Shown here: one piece after another, positions 24,296-38,600 of the stretch
Position numbering within the stretch: position 1 is the first letter of the stretch
Layout: each line of letters opens with the position of its first letter
Source: Mantamonas sphyraenae STR306
Lineage: Eukaryota > Protista > CRuMs
Assembly (NCBI GenBank): GCA_026936335.1
Contig: JAPMXV010000073.1
Coordinates: 1 to 64,000 of the forward strand
Direction: 5' to 3'
Length of the DNA: 64,000 nucleotides
Program-made: the position numbers and the translations under genes
Notes under the pieces: model-generated
Told to the model about the DNA's origin: nothing
Database searches by the model: none
The model's input: the letters and a program-made list of their open reading frames with translations, nothing else

Positions 24296-26865
24296 ATGTC
24301 CTCAAGTAGCTCATCGTCATCATTCGTGGGCTCCACATCCCCGACACAAGTGAATGCAGTGAAGAATGATCTGCGTGAATCCAAAGTGGAGCTGTCGTCG
24401 GCGGAAAGGAAGCTGGAGGAAGCGAAAGCCGAGCTGAATCAAGCGAAAGCCGAGCTGAATCAAGCGAAAGCCGAGCTGAATCAAGCGAAAGCCGAGCTGG
24501 AGGAAGCGAAAGCCGAGCGGAAGGAAGCAAAAGCCGAGCTGAAGAAGGCGAGAACAGCTGCAGAATCCTCGCCCGACAATTCAGACCACAAAGAAGACAA
24601 GTCGATTGCGAGGGAGGAGTGGAAGACCGCCTCGGCAGAAGTCGACACCAAGTTGGCAGAAGTCGACACCAAGTTGGCAGAAGTCGACACCAAGTCGAAA
24701 CTGGTGGCGGAACTGGAACAGATTGTGGTTAAGCACATGAAGGAACTCATCAGTGATGACACAACCGAGGAAATCAAAGGTGCGTGTGTTTTGCCGTGGA
24801 GGGAGTTGCAAAGCAGGAGCACTGACACCAACGTCGACAACGTACGCAGGAGGTGGAGAAAAGCAAAGTAGGTGGGGTGAGGGGCCTGTGTTTTACCAAG
24901 TTTGACCACTCTAACATCTCTGTTTGCACACAGAACAATACTGGAAGGCCTTGTTGCTCGATGTGGATTCGTTGGGGCGTGCCAGCATAGCCAAGAAGCA
25001 CAAAATCGAAGGGTACACGTCCTCATCGTTCCATGACGCCCTGGCAGATGAATTTGTGCTGCAGTACCTGTGCTCAGATCCTGTGAAGGAGGTGCTGGAG
25101 CAGCCGGAAAGTGAGCGAACGGGCGAAGTTTTCTTTTGGGAGAGCCAGACGAGCACAGAGGCGTATGGAGAGGCAGCTGTGCAGCATAGTGTGTGTGGGT
25201 GTCTGGATACAATTGCGAGAGAGGCATTCACAGGCTGTGAGATGTCTCTGTGCACCAGCCAGTGAGTTGGGTTGTGTGCTGGGGCTGCGCTTTTGGTCGA
25301 CACAGCAGCACTGACACGGCAGAGGACGACTTAGAATGGACACAGTTGGTCGAGTGAATGTTTTCATCAAGTCGAAGGATGAACCGTACACAGCACTGGC
25401 GGTGAAGCCGGACCAATGTCTGTGGGTCGCGCTGCACACGTCTGAACTAGTGTTCTGGGTGGCAGAGGGCAAGGTGGATGGGAAGCAGTCGGGTGAAGCA
25501 GACGATGTCAAACTGATGGCGCAGCTGGTGTCTGTGGTGAAGCATGCCCAGACTGTGTACCGCATGGTGGAGGGGGAGCAACCGAGGACACTGCACGCCA
25601 ACGCACTGTACTTTGAGGGGGACACATGCTGGCTGTACGTGGCAGAGTACCGCTTGGGAGAGAAAGGAGCGGATGGGGTGACGAAGCAGAAGTTTAAGGG
25701 GCTGTTTGAGCGTGGAGGGGAAACGCGGGAGAAGTTTGTGCAGAGCATCCAACGCAGAATGGCCATTGCACGTGAAGAAGTCGATTGGGCCAAACAATGC
25801 TGTGAAAAAGTGAACGAGGTGCAGCCATTCCGCATGTCAACGACCACGGGTAGGAGCAAGAGGAAACGGGATGAAGATGAAGACAACAACAACAACACCA
25901 ACAACACCAAGGAGGAAGAGGAGGGGGGCACTGGACATGACAAAAAGCGGCAGAGAGTGAGTGGGAGGCAGAGAGGAGGCAGCAAGGGCAAGGTGAAGGG
26001 CAAGGGCAAGAGCAAGCATGGAAGGAAGCGAAGCATCAAGGAACGCGCGGAATCGCTGGTGGATGGATTGGTGGCGGATGGGTTTGGACACACTGTGACT
26101 GAAGAGGGTGTGGGCAGTGCATACATCGGATATGGCGTGTACAAGGGGAAACGATGTGCGTGCAAGGTGCTACTGCTGGAGCAGGGACATCAAGAGCAGG
26201 AGTTTGAACTGATGCGCGAGGTGTGGGAAGATGGCAACACCCTCAGTGGCTGCAAGCATGTGGTGGATGTATGGGCAGCAGAGGAGGAGGATGGGTACGG
26301 GGTCGTGGTCATGCCACTCTTGGAAACATTTCCCGCGGATTGGGCCAAGCTACTGTCGCTGCGGGGCTTTGTCAATGGGTTGCGAGAGGCGGTGATGGAG
26401 ATGCATGCAGCCGGGTGGATGCATGGCGACATCAAACCAGGGAACGTGGGGCTGGACGAACACGGGAGGGTGGTGTTGTTTGACTTGGAGTTGGCATGCA
26501 GGACCGACAGGCGATGGAAGGACAGGGTGGGCACAGAAGGGTACATGGCACCCGAAGTATGCATGCGCGAGTGGTACGACGAGCGGTGTGACTACTGGAG
26601 TGCAGGGGCGACCATTCGCAAGGTGCGAGAGTATTGGGACGACAAGGGGCGGCAGGAGGATGGACAAGTGACGACGTTGGTGCAGGGGCTGATGATGGAC
26701 GATCCGGGGGAGAGAACGTGGCCACTGCTTGACAGGAGTTCTCCCCCAGGGTCATCCTCATCGCAGGTGGGGAGCGGGAGGAGGAGGAGAGGTTTGCATG
26801 GGAAGGAGCGGGTGGATGTGCAGGGTGAGGAGGGTGGGCAGGGCGGTGGTGTGCAGACGAGATAA
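24296..26865 (+). CDS. Crinkler/RHS-like protein: coiled coil + putative PD-(D/E)xK nuclease + Ser/Thr protein kinase
   Basis: Introns 24780-24849, 24868-24933 and 25262-25322 join three ORFs in frame. Heptads KAELNQA. KPDQ...VAEGK...MAQL. Kinase motifs ACKV, HGDIKPGN, LFDLE, GTEGYMAPE, DYWSAG. Confidence 0.82.
24421..24545 (+). repeat. 21-bp coding tandem repeats (heptads); second 21-bp array at ~24635-24695
   Basis: aagcgaaagccgagctgaatc x ~6 including variants; ggcagaagtcgacaccaagtt x ~3. Confidence 0.9.
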
Positions 26866-26914
26866 GGTCAGGCTGTGAAGGCAGGTTTTGCGTCTCCCCA
26901 AGCCGGGGAGGGAA

Positions 26915-27190
26915 GGGGCGAAAGTCGTGTGAGCTCGGCCTGTGTCACTGGCCCGGCCGCTCACGTGCCACTGCACAGTCCACCAGACTCCAAACTCAAT
27001 GTACCCCCGCACATTGGTGATACCCATTCATGGTACCCGCAACAAGACACATGCATGCGTCTGTGACGCACACGGCGTCGTTTTCCACAAAAGGCCTGGT
27101 TTTGGCCTGGTTTTGGCCTGGTTTGGCCTGGTTTTGGCTCGTTTGGCCGAGTTTTGGCCCGGCTCGATTTTTGATTCACCTTTGGCCCAG
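26915..27190 (+). repeat. Dispersed repeat copy B followed by a ~10-bp TTTTGGCCTG array
   Basis: Matches copy A. Array ggttttggcct repeated at 27091-27170. Confidence 0.88.
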
Positions 27191-27437
27191 CTCCGACGCG
27201 GTCATTCCTGTCCACAAATCCATCCGACCGACAATCCGCGAGAGGGGCCCTTGGGTGGCCGACAACCAGAACGTAAAGCGAAGCCATGTTCGAGCACGAA
27301 AGCGAGGGGTGGAAACAGTGGGCGGTGGCGTGATCCTTGGGGCACCGCACTTGTTCTTCCACGCATTGTCCCTACCCCCATCCCCCCCTTCCCCTGTGCG
27401 TGTGTGTGTGCAAACGCATGTGTGGATTCTGACACGT

Positions 27438-28392
27438 TTAGGAGGAAGTGGCTGTGGGCAAGATACGACACATGGGTGGGCAGTTGGTATGTCGATTGAA
27501 GGTGTATGCCCCGTCATCACGCTCTGCACACTTCTCTGTATCTGACCAGATCATTCTTCCAGCCCCGTTCCTAGTGCAATGCTGGTGCATCCTTGTGTCG
27601 CCTTCCTTCGCCATGGACACCCAGTGAGGCCAAGAACACAGCATCTTCCCGGGAAACATCCTCCACCCAATCATCCTCTCCAAGCTCGTATCCACACTCG
27701 CACAGCACTTGCAAGGGAAGATACACATCATTGCCTCGTCGACACCCCACTTGATCCTATCCTGCTGCTTTGCAGGGATCTTCTGCCGCACCAACTCTGT
27801 CTCCTCCCACCTCTTCTGCACAGCCTTTCCACACTTGCTTCCTCCCATGGCCTCGTACATCCCTGTTGTCACCAGCATGAGTGGGCTGCGTGTCACCACT
27901 TTCTCCAACAGGCGCGGATCCTTGTGCTGCTGCCACAGGTCCCACCACCTGCACGCTTTCTCCCTCACTTTGCCATCGAATGCATGCAGCTTCTCAACTG
28001 CCGTCGAGCTGTCCAACGCGTACGGATACGCATATGTTTCCTTCTTCATGTCCTGAAGGCACCGGGACCGGAGAAACCCTTCAAGACCCTTCTCATTCCT
28101 TGGTCAATCACCCCATGGAGGACTCGCCGTCTCAACTCCTCGCCAACCCACCACGTCTCATCATTTCGAACAATCACATTGATCAGCACACTCACAGGGA
28201 ACCCGTCGTCCAGCAGCTGCATCCACCTTTCATCAGTGGCCACTTCTCTCTCCCTCCAATGTGGCCACACCCTGTCCGTGTCCACAAGCTTGCCCACCTC
28301 CACCCCATCCGCGTCATCCAATCCCTCCATGGCAACAACGATATCCTCCGAGTCGTCTCAGGGGAGCCTCTCGTACACTGTTCTGCCCATCC
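27438..28392 (-). pseudogene. 3' fragment of the F-box family gene, frameshifted
   Basis: ATDERWMQLLDDGFPV and KETYAYPYALDSSTAVEKL are homologous to the C-termini of the genes at 28446-38768. Confidence 0.85.
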
Positions 28393-28445
28393 GTTGTGGT
28401 GCAAGTGAGTGTCGAGGTGCGCCGGTCGGGACGGGATCACACCGA

Positions 28446-31400
28446 TCATTTTCCATTGCCTTCAAACGCTCTGTACACTTCCCTCAACTTTTTCAGTTCC
28501 TCTGTCTGCTGATGGTAAGGCACTATTGCGAAATATGCTCTGCCAGACACCAGAGACGCCAAAAAGTGGTCTCCTTCCTCGCTCCCCACATCCGTCCAGT
28601 CCTTCTCCCCAAACTCGTACCCACACTCCAACAGCACTTGACAAGGGATGAGCATCTCATCAGAATCCGATGAAAGCACATTGCGAGCCCATTCGCCCCA
28701 GTTTCCCCGTTGTGCATGGCACTCCCGCCGGACTTGCTCCACCTCTTCCCACCTCTTCTGCGTCTCCTCACCAAGTTTCTCTCCTTCCAAGGCCTCGTAC
28801 ATCCCTTTTGTCACCAACATATATGGGATGCGGGACACCAGTGCCTCCAGGACCTGCGGATCCTTGTGGTGCAGCAGCAGCTCCAGCAACATCCCGTTGT
28901 CCACCTTATCTCGGATTTCAAGCAGCTTCTCAAATGCCGTCGAGCTGTCCAACTCGTACAGATACGCATATGTTTCCTTCAAAGCTACCAAAGCTATTCG
29001 ACCGATTCCCGCCACCAACCGCTTCAACACGAGACTCAATCCTTGGTCAATAAGCCCACGGACGATGCGCCTCTGCAGCTCAACACTGTACTCACGGGCG
29101 CCGTGCGCACGAGGCACCATGATGCCCAGTACCTTCACAGGGAACCCACCGTCCAGCAGCTGCATCCACCGTTCGTCAGTCGCCAGTTCTTTCGACCACC
29201 ACCCTGTCTCCAGCTCTTCTGCGTTCACGAGCTTGCCCACCTTCACCACATCCGCGTTCTCCAGCCCCTCCAAGGCCACTGCCATCACCTCCGAGTCGTT
29301 GCAGGCGTCTTTCCTCACTGTTCTGCTCATCCACTGCCGCAGGTGATCCACAAAGGCTTCAGCCCCATTCTCTCTGCACACGCTCACACATCGATCCACC
29401 TGCTGTTGCCAACGTTTTTGCAAGCGTTTTCGAATGGCTTCGGCTCGTGCGTTCTCCTTCAGCTCGTTTGGCACCCACAATGCCCTGTCGTCGTCATCCA
29501 AGTTGTCCTTGGACAACAGGATTGACAACAGCCGTTCGTCATAGTCGCTTCTGTAGCACTCGAGCACGGTCTCGAGATCCAGTTGCGCCCTGTGCCGCCT
29601 CACTGCCCACAGTACAGCATCATTGCGTCCCCACGGCATCTCATTGGCATGCGTGAGGAATCGTTTCACATGCTCCTGCGGAAGCACCATGCCCTTGCTG
29701 TCAAGGACCGCCCTCAGATCACCAGGTGTGGCTACATCAATGACCGTCTCCCATGCCCCACGCTCCACCAACATTGCGATGGCTTGGTCACAGTAGCACT
29801 CCGCCACGGTGGCGTCATCCAACTGCTCCCCGTGCTGAGCCAACACCCAATCCGCAGTGAGCTTCTCTTCCTGGCCAAATCCTCGTGACCTCTTCATGAA
29901 TCGCAGCACATGCTCCTTCGGAAGCAGAATGCCCTTGCTGTCAAGGGTCGCCATCAGATCCCTTGGTTTGGCTACGTCAATAACCAACTCCCATGCCTCC
30001 CGTTCCACCAGCAAACGAATGGCTCCCATGTGTGGACGTACCTTGTACACCTTCGCCACAAAGTCGTCATCCAGCTGCTCCCCTTGGTGGCCCAGCACCC
30101 ACCCCACGACGACTAATGCATCTTCTCTTTGTGACCGCTCGAGAAATGGCAGCAAATGCGCCTGCGGAAACACCACGCCCATGCTGTCAAGTACTTCCGT
30201 CAGTTCCCTTGGTCTTGCAATGCCAGCGATTTCTTTCCAAGCCTCCCGTTCCACCAGGACAGCCAGAGGTTGCTGGTGATGATATCTTCGACACAGCTGT
30301 ACCACGGCATCGTTGTCCAGTTGTGACACGATTTGAGGTGTCCTGGCAATCCACTCCTCCGTTGCATGTTCTCCCTGTGCAGCCTTGAAGAAAAGTTTGG
30401 CATTTTCGACAAGTGTGGCGATGGCCTTCTCCTTGCCCTCCACCAGGACAAGTGCCCTGCGCAGTGCCTCGACTGGCGCATTCATGACCAGATCTTCAAA
30501 AGGTAGCGTGGACAGCACACATGAAACCAGTGCGTGGTTGTCCAGCACATCCTCCAACTCCTCCAACAGAGTCAAGTTCTCCTCCGACTCACAGACTGTT
30601 TGCAACGCCTTGGGCCATTCGGCTTCTGGCAGCATTTCTGCAATGCAGGCAAGCATGCCTTCGCAACCGCTCAGTCCCATTGCCATTGCTTCCTTCACAC
30701 CCGCAACGCCGTGTCCCACCAACACCTGCGTCAACGCAGTCGAGGTGTGCTCCACCCACCCGTCTCCCTCTTCCATTGCATACTTGACGTGTGCAACGAT
30801 GTTGGACAGTGGCACGTCTGCCAGTGTTCGTCCCGTCGAGTCCGCCTCACCCAAGAACACGTCCTCGACCCCCCGCCCGGCGTCCCCATCGTAAATCGCA
30901 TCCATATCGGCATCCATCTCCATCTCTTCCACGAAAAACTCCGGGGCACCTGCTGCCAACATAACACCTGCCATTGCCTCATCGAAAGGCAGACATTCCT
31001 TGACGACAGTCTGCAGAACGTAGAAATCTTCTTCGTCGTCCCAAATGTCGGCCAGTTCCGTTCGCCGCAGCACACAGTGCAGCGCAGGCAGTGTGCGTCC
31101 ACATAGAGATGGCAGTTCCTTTGCATACATGCGTGCAGGCACACTGTTCTCCCCAAACAGCTCAAAGAGGGCCCTGTTCAAGTACAGGCGGTTCAGCCGC
31201 GGCACACGGTGACGTTTGTCGCCAAACTTGACCACCACACCACCAATCTCGCCCAATATGGACACAAGGGTGCTCCTCAGTGGCTGATTGTCCACTTGGT
31301 ACAGGTTGCCCATGTCCACCATGTGTGTGTTGATGGAGAAGAGGGCAAGAGCACCAACCACGTCCAAACGAGGCACCACACGCTCCCACACCTCCACTGG

Positions 31401-31805
31401 CACCTGTGACAGCAGTGTCTCCATGCGAGAGGGCGGTGTTCTCTGGCGACGAGGGCGATGGGAGCGACGTGAGGCGGTGCTCTGTGCTGCGTCACCCAGC
31501 TGCTGCTGCTGGTTGCCGGATGCCGACCTGTCAGAAACACACGCAGCACACACAGGTTCAGCATGGCCATGTCAGCACAGAGAAAGGGTGGGGTGGGGAA
31601 GAATGGTTGAATGCTGTGCTTCCTACCTGCTTGTCTGTGTGTCGTCCACCGCCATGTCGTCTGTGTGGCTGGTGAGCTTTGCCAATGCTCGCATCTTGGC
31701 CACCCGCTGACGTTTGGGTGCAGGGGCGGCGTCCACCAATTGGCCACCTTCCTCATCAGCCACATCTTCCTCCTCTCCATCCACCGTGCTACGCTTGCGG
31801 GACAT
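28446..31805 (-). CDS. F-box protein with ~80-aa helical repeats, copy 1
   Basis: Exon 1 at 31805-31627 (MSRKRS...PKRQRV), 99-nt intron 31626-31528, in frame with the 1035-aa ORF. F-box motif LLSQVPVEVWERVVPRLDVVGALALFSIN. Confidence 0.85.
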
Positions 31806-32159
31806 GAATGTTTGTGTCCTCAGTGGTGGCCTTGAATGTGGATTTCCTTTGGCAAAGGCCGAGCTGGCACCACGTCCCAACACAACGATCGACCCCAACA
31901 TTTCATCCACATGGGACTCACGATGACGCTCGCACACTCTTCCGTCGTCTCTTCTCAGCATCTCAGAGAGCACCTTGTGTTTGCTGGATGGCTCCGATCT
32001 GATTCCAAACTCCACACCACCCACCCATGAAGAACGAACCAAGCCAACGACTCAACAACTCAACAAAAGGGGAGAACCAACGCAACAGCATGGACTCTGT
32101 TCCATCGCTGGTCCCTTGGAAAGACACACCACACACCAGAAAAAGTGCGTGATGACCCA

Positions 32160-35100
32160 CTACATTCCAAACGCACTGTACACTTCCCTCAGCCTTTCCA
32201 GTTCCTCTGTCTGTTCATCGTAATGTGCTAGTCTGCAATATGGTCTGCGGGACACTCTGATCCCCAAAGACGCCAAAAAGTTGGCTCCTTCCTCGCTTAC
32301 CCCATCCGTCCAGTCCTTCTCCCCAAACTCGTACCCACACTCCAACAGCACTTGACAAGGGATGAGCGTATCATCAAAACCCGATGACAGCACATTGAGA
32401 GCCCATTCGCCCCAGTCCTCCCGTTGTGCCTGGCACTCCTGGCGTACTTGCTCCACCTTGTCCCACCTCTTCAGCGTCTCCTCACCAAGTTTCTCTCCTC
32501 CCAAGGCCTCGTACATCCCTTTTGTCACCATCATGAATGGGGTGCGCGACACCAGCTCCTCCAGGACCTGCGGATCCTTGTACTGCAGCAGCAGCTCCAG
32601 CAACGTCAGCCTGCCCACTTCACCGTGCATTTCAAGCAGCTTCTCAAATGCCGTCGAGCTGTCCAACTCGTACAGATACGCATATGTTTCCTTCAAAGCC
32701 ACCAAGGCCATTCGGCTGGTTCCCGCCACCATCTGCTTCAATACGGGACTCATTCCTTGGTCAATAAGCCCACGGACGATGCGCCTCGGCAGTTCTTCGC
32801 CGTACTCATCGACTCCGTGCACATGAGGCATCATGATGCCCAGTCACAGGGAACCCATCGTCCAGCAGCTGCATCCACCTTTCGTCAGTGGCCAGCTCCT
32901 TCGACCACCACCCTTTCTCCAGCTCCTCTGCGTTCACAAGCTTGCCCACCTTCACCACATCCGCGTTCTCCAGCCCCTCCATGGCCACTGCTACCACCTC
33001 CAAGTCGTTGCAGGGTTCTTTCCTCACTGTTCTGCTCATCCACTGCCGTACGTAATTCACAAACGCCTCAGCCCCGTTCTCTCTGCACACGCTCACACAT
33101 CGATTCACCTGCTGTTGCCAGCGTTCTTGCACGCTCGTCCGAATGGCTGCGGCGAGTGCAGACCGCTTCAGCTCGGATGGCACCCACAATTCCCTGTCGT
33201 CGTCGTCGATGTTGTCCTTGGACAGCAGGCTAGGCAACAGCCTTTCGTCATAGTCACATCTGTAGCACTCGAGCACGGTCTCGAGCTCCAGTTGCGCCGT
33301 GTGCCGCTCCGCTGCCCACAGTACAGCATCCTCGCGCTCCCGAATTGCTTCATACGGCCCCGTTTTGCCAAGGACACGCGTGAGAAATGTCAGCACATGC
33401 TCCTTTGGAAGCACCATGCCGTTCCTGTCAAGGTGAGCCCTCAGAGCCCTAGGTTTGGCAACGTCAATAACCGTCTCCCATGCCTTCCGTTTCACCAGCA
33501 AACGAATGGCTTCCTTGTGCGGGTGTGTCCTGTACGTGTCCGCCACAGTGTCGTCATCCAGCTGGTCACCATGGTGGACTATCACCCACCTCACGGCGGC
33601 CTGGTCACCTCGTCGTGCGCGCTCGAGAAAAGGCAGCAGATGCTCCTTCGGAAGCACCATACCCTTTTTGTTAAGTACTTTCGTCAGTTCTTCTAGTATT
33701 GCAATGTCAATGGCTTCCTTCCATGCCTCCCGTTCCACCAGAACAGCCAGAAGTTCCTTAAGAGAATGCTCTTCATACAGCTGTACCACAGCATCGTTGT
33801 CCAGTTGTGACACGATTTGAGGAGTGGTGGCAATCCACTCCGCCGTTGTCCAATCCATCTGTGCAGCCTCGTTGAGCAGCTTGACGTGTTTGACAAGTGT
33901 GGCCATGGCCTTCTCCTCGCCCTCCACAAGGATGAGTGCCTTGTGCAGTGCATCAGCTGGTGCCTTCATCACAAGGGCTTCAAAAGAAAGCGTGGACAGC
34001 ACACATGAGACCAATGCATGGTTGTCCAGCACATCCTCCAACTCCTCCAACAGAGTCAAGTTCTTCTCCGACTCACAGACTGTTTGCAACGCCTTTGGCC
34101 ATTCGGCTTCTGGCAGCATTTCTGCAATGCAGGCAAGCATGCCTTTACACCCACTCAGTCCCATTGCCATTGCTTCCTTCACACCCGCAAGGCCATGGCC
34201 CACCAACACCTGCGTCAATGCGGAAGGTGTGTGCCGCACCCGCCCCTCTCCCTCTTCCATTGCATCCTTTACGCGTGCAACGATGTTGGACAGTGGCATG
34301 TCTGCCAGTGTTTGTCCCTTCGAGTCCGGCTTACCCAAGCACTCCTCGTCCGACCAGGTATTCCCGTCGTGGATTTCATCCCAGTCGGCATCCCTGTCCA
34401 AGCCTTCCACGAAATTATCCAAGACACCTGCTGCCAACATAACACCTTCCTTCGCCTCACGGAAAGGCAGACAATCCTCGACGACCAACAGCAGGTCGTA
34501 GAAATCTTCAAATTTCCAATCTTTGCTCAGTGTTGTTCGCCGCAGCACACAGTGCAGCGCAGGAAGTGAGCGTCCACACACACGCGGCAGATCCCTCGAA
34601 GACATGCGTGCAGGCACACAGTTCTCTCCAAACAGCTCAAACAGGGCCCTGTTCAAGTACAGGCGGTTCAGCCTCGGCACCCGGTGACGTGTGTCGCCAA
34701 ACTTGACCACCACACCACCACATTCACCCAATGCGGACACAAGGGTGCTCCTCAGTGGCTGATTGTCCACTTGGTACAGGTTGCCCATGCCCACCATGTG
34801 TGTGTTGATGGAGAAGAGGGCAAGGGCACCACCCACGTCCAAACGAGGCACCACGCGCTCCCACACCTCCACTGGCACCTGTGACAGCAGTGTATCCACG
34901 CGAGAGGACGGTGGTTTCTGGGGACGGGAGCGACGTGAGGCGGTGCTCTGTGCTGTGTCACCCAGCTGCTGCTGCTGGTCGCTGGATTCCGACCTGTCAG
35001 AAGCACACCCAGCACACACGGGTTCACCCTGGCCATGTCAGCACAGATAAAGCATGGAGTGGGTGAGAATGGGTGGCTTTTGTGCTTCCTACCTGCTTGT

Positions 35101-35271
35101 CCGTGTGTCGTCCACCGTCATGTCGTCGGTGTGGCTGGTGAGCTCTTCCGCTGCTCGCATCTTGGCCACCCGCTGACGTTTGGGTGCAGGGGCGGCGTCC
35201 ACAAAGCGGCCATCTTCCTCATCAGCTACATCTTCCTCCTCTCCATCCACCATGCTACGCTTGCGGGACAT
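32160..35271 (-). pseudogene. F-box protein copy 2, with a 5-nt deletion frameshift near 32845
   Basis: Intron 35092-34994. ORFs 32806-35019 and 32160-32834. cagt-cacagg versus cagtaccttcacagg in the paralogs. Confidence 0.8.
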
Positions 35272-35627
35272 GAATGTGTGTCCTCAGTGGTGGCCTTGAA
35301 TGTGGATTTCCTTTGGCAAAGGCCGAGCTGGCACCACGTCCCAACACCACGATCGACCCCAACATTGCATCCACATGGGACTCACGATGACGCTCGCACA
35401 CTCTTCCGTCGTCTCTTCTCAGCATCTCAGAGAGCACCTTGAGTCCGCTGGATGGCTCCCATCTGATTCCAAACTCCAACCCATGAACAGACCACCAACC
35501 CATGAAGAACTAACGAATCCAACGACTCAACAAAACATGGGGGACCAACGCAACAGCATGGACTCTGTTCCATCGCTGGTCCCTTGGAAAGACACACCAC
35601 ACACCAGAAAAAGTGCGTGATGACCCA

Positions 35628-38600
35628 CTACATTCCAAACGCACTGTACACTTCCCTCAGCCTTTTCAGTTCCCTTGTCTGCTGATCGTAATGTGCTAGG
35701 TTGCAATATGGTCTGCCAGACACTCTGATCAGAGACGCCAAAAAGTGGGCTCCTCCCTTGCTTACCTCACGCGTCCAGTCCTTCTCCCCAAACTCGTACC
35801 CACACTCCAACAGCACTTGTAAGCGGATGAGCGTATCATCAGAACCACTCGATGACAGCATCTTGCGAGCCCATTCACTCCAATCCTCCCGTTGTGCATG
35901 GCACTCCCGCCGGACTTGCTCCACTTTTTCCCACCTCTTCTGCGTCTTTTCACCAAGCTTCTCTCCTTCCAAGGCCTCGTACATCCCTTTTGTCACCACC
36001 ATAAATGGGATGCGCGACACCAGCTCCTCCAGGACCTGCGGATCCATGTGCAGCAGGAGCAGCTCCAGCAACGTGAGCCTACCCACTCCACCATGGATTT
36101 CAAGCAGCTTCTCAAATGCCGTCGAGCTGTCCAACTCGTACAGATACGTATATGTTTCCTTCAAAGCCATCAATGCCATTCGGCTGGTCCCTGCCACCAA
36201 CCGCTCCAACACGAGACTCAATCCTTGGTCAACGAGCCCACGGACGATGCGCCTTTGCAGCTCAACACTGTACTCCTCGGCTTCGTCGATTCCAGGCATC
36301 ATGATGCCCAGTACCTTCACAGGGAACCCATCGTCCAGCAGCTGCATCCACCGCTCCTCAGTGGCGAGTTCCTTCGACCACCGCCATGCCTCCAGCTCTT
36401 CTGCGTTCACGAACTTGCCCACGTTCCCCACATCCTCGTTCTCCAGCCCCTTCATGGCCACTGTCATCACCTCCGAGTCGTTGCATGGGTCTTTCCCCAC
36501 TGTTCTGCTCATCCACTGCCGCACGTATTCCACAAACGCCTCAGCCCCATTCTCTCTGCACACGCTCACACATCGATTCACCTGCTGATGCCAGCGTTCT
36601 TGCAGGCTCGTCCGAATGGCTGCGGCGAGTGCAGACCGCTTCAGCTCGGATGGCACCCACAATGCCCTGTCGTCGTCGTCGATGTTGTCCTTGGACAGCA
36701 GGCTAGGCAACAGCCTTTCGTCATAGTCACATCTGTAGCACTCGAGCACGGTCTCGAGATCCAGTTGCGCCGTGTGCCGCTCCGCTGCCCACAGTACAGC
36801 ATCCTCGCGCTCCCGAATTGCTTCATACGGCCCCGTTTTGCCAAGGACACGCGTGAGAAATGTCAGCACATGCTCCTTTGGAAGCACCATACCCTTGCTG
36901 TCAAGGACCGCCCTCAGATCCGTAGGTTTGGCAATGTCAACAACCGTCTCCCAAGCCTCACGCTCCACTAGCAAACGAATGGCTTCCTTGTTCGGGTGTG
37001 TCTTGTAAACGCTCGCCACCGTGTCTTCATCCAGCTGGTCCCCGTGGTGGACCAGCACCCACTCCACGGCGGCCTGATCAACTCTTCGGGCACGCTCGAC
37101 AAATCGCAACACATGCGCCTTCGGAAGCCTTTTACCCTTGCTGTCAAGTTCTTCAGTCAGTTCACTTGGTCTTGCAATGGCTTCCTTCCATGCCTCCCGT
37201 TCCACCAGAACAGCCAGAAGATCCTTGAGATGATACTCTCCACACAGCTGTACCACTGCATCGTGGTCCAGTTGTGACACGAATCGAGGTGTGCGGGCAA
37301 TCCACTTCGCCGTTGCATATTCTCCCCGTGCAGCCTCGAAGAGCAGTTTGGAATGTTCGACAAGTGTGGCCATGGCCTTCTCCTCGCCCTCCACAAGGAT
37401 GAGTGCCTTGTGAAGTGCATCGGTTGGTGCATTCTTGACCAAAACTTCGAAAGGTAGCGTGGATAGCACACATGAAACCAGGGCATGGTTGTCCAGCACA
37501 CCCGGCAACTGCCGCATCAGAGTCAAGTTCTTCTCCGCACAGAGTGCTTGCAACGCCTTTGGCCATTCGGCTTCTGGCAACATTTCTGCAATGCAGGCAA
37601 GCATGCGTCTACACCCGCTCAGTCCCATTGCTATTGCTTCCTTCACACCAGCAACGCCGTGTCCCACAAACACCTGCGTCAACGCAGTCGAGGTGTGCTC
37701 CACCCACCCCTCTCCCTCTTCCATTGCATACTTCATGTGTGCTGCGATGTTGGACAGTGGCACGTCTGCCAGTGTTCGCCCCTTTGAGTCAGCCTTACCC
37801 AAGCATACGTACTCGACCCCACTCCCGGCGTCCCCATCGTAAATCGCATCCATATCAGCATCCATCTCCACGAATTCCTCGACATACTCCCGGAGGTCAC
37901 CTGCTGCCAACAAAACACCTTCCTTCGCCTCAGGGAAAGGCAAACATCTCTCGACGACGTCCATCAGGTCGTAGCAATCTACGTCGTCGTCCCAACTGTA
38001 GTCGTACCAACTGCCGTCGTTGCAACTTTCGGCCAGTGTCGTTCGCCGCAACACACACTGCAGCACAGGAAGTGAGCGTCCACACACACGTGGCAAGTCA
38101 TCCACATGCATGCGTTCAGGCACACTGTTTTCCCCAAACAGCTCAAACAGGGCCCTGTTCCAGTACAGCCGGTTCAGCCGCGGCACCCGGTGTCGTTTGT
38201 CGCCAAACCAGACCACCACACCACCACATTCGCCCAATGTGGACACAAGCGTGCTCCTCAGTGGCTGGTTGTCCACTTGGTACAGGTCGCCCATGTCCAC
38301 CATGTGTGTGTTGATGGAGAAGAGGGCAAGGGCGGCACCGGCGTCCAAACGAGGCACCACGCGCTCCCACACCTCCACTGGCACCTGTGACAGCAGTGTC
38401 TCCATGCGAGAGGGCGGTGGTATCTGGCGACGGGAGCGACGTGAGGCGGTGTTCTGTGCTGTGTCACCCGGCTGCGGCTGCTGATCGCCGGCTGCCGACC
38501 TGTCAGAAACACACGCAGCACACACGGGTTCACCATGGCCATGTCAGCACGGATAAAGGGTGGAGTGGGTGAAAATGGGTGGCTACTGTGCTTCCTACCT

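Noticed and set aside
26915-27030. VRGYIEF on the minus strand as a CRESS-virus Rep motif
   Set aside because: No HUH histidine, no other Rep or helicase motifs, and not conserved as an ORF across copies.
24084-27080. LTR retrotransposon
   Set aside because: No TG...CA ends, PBS/PPT, gag, RT or integrase.
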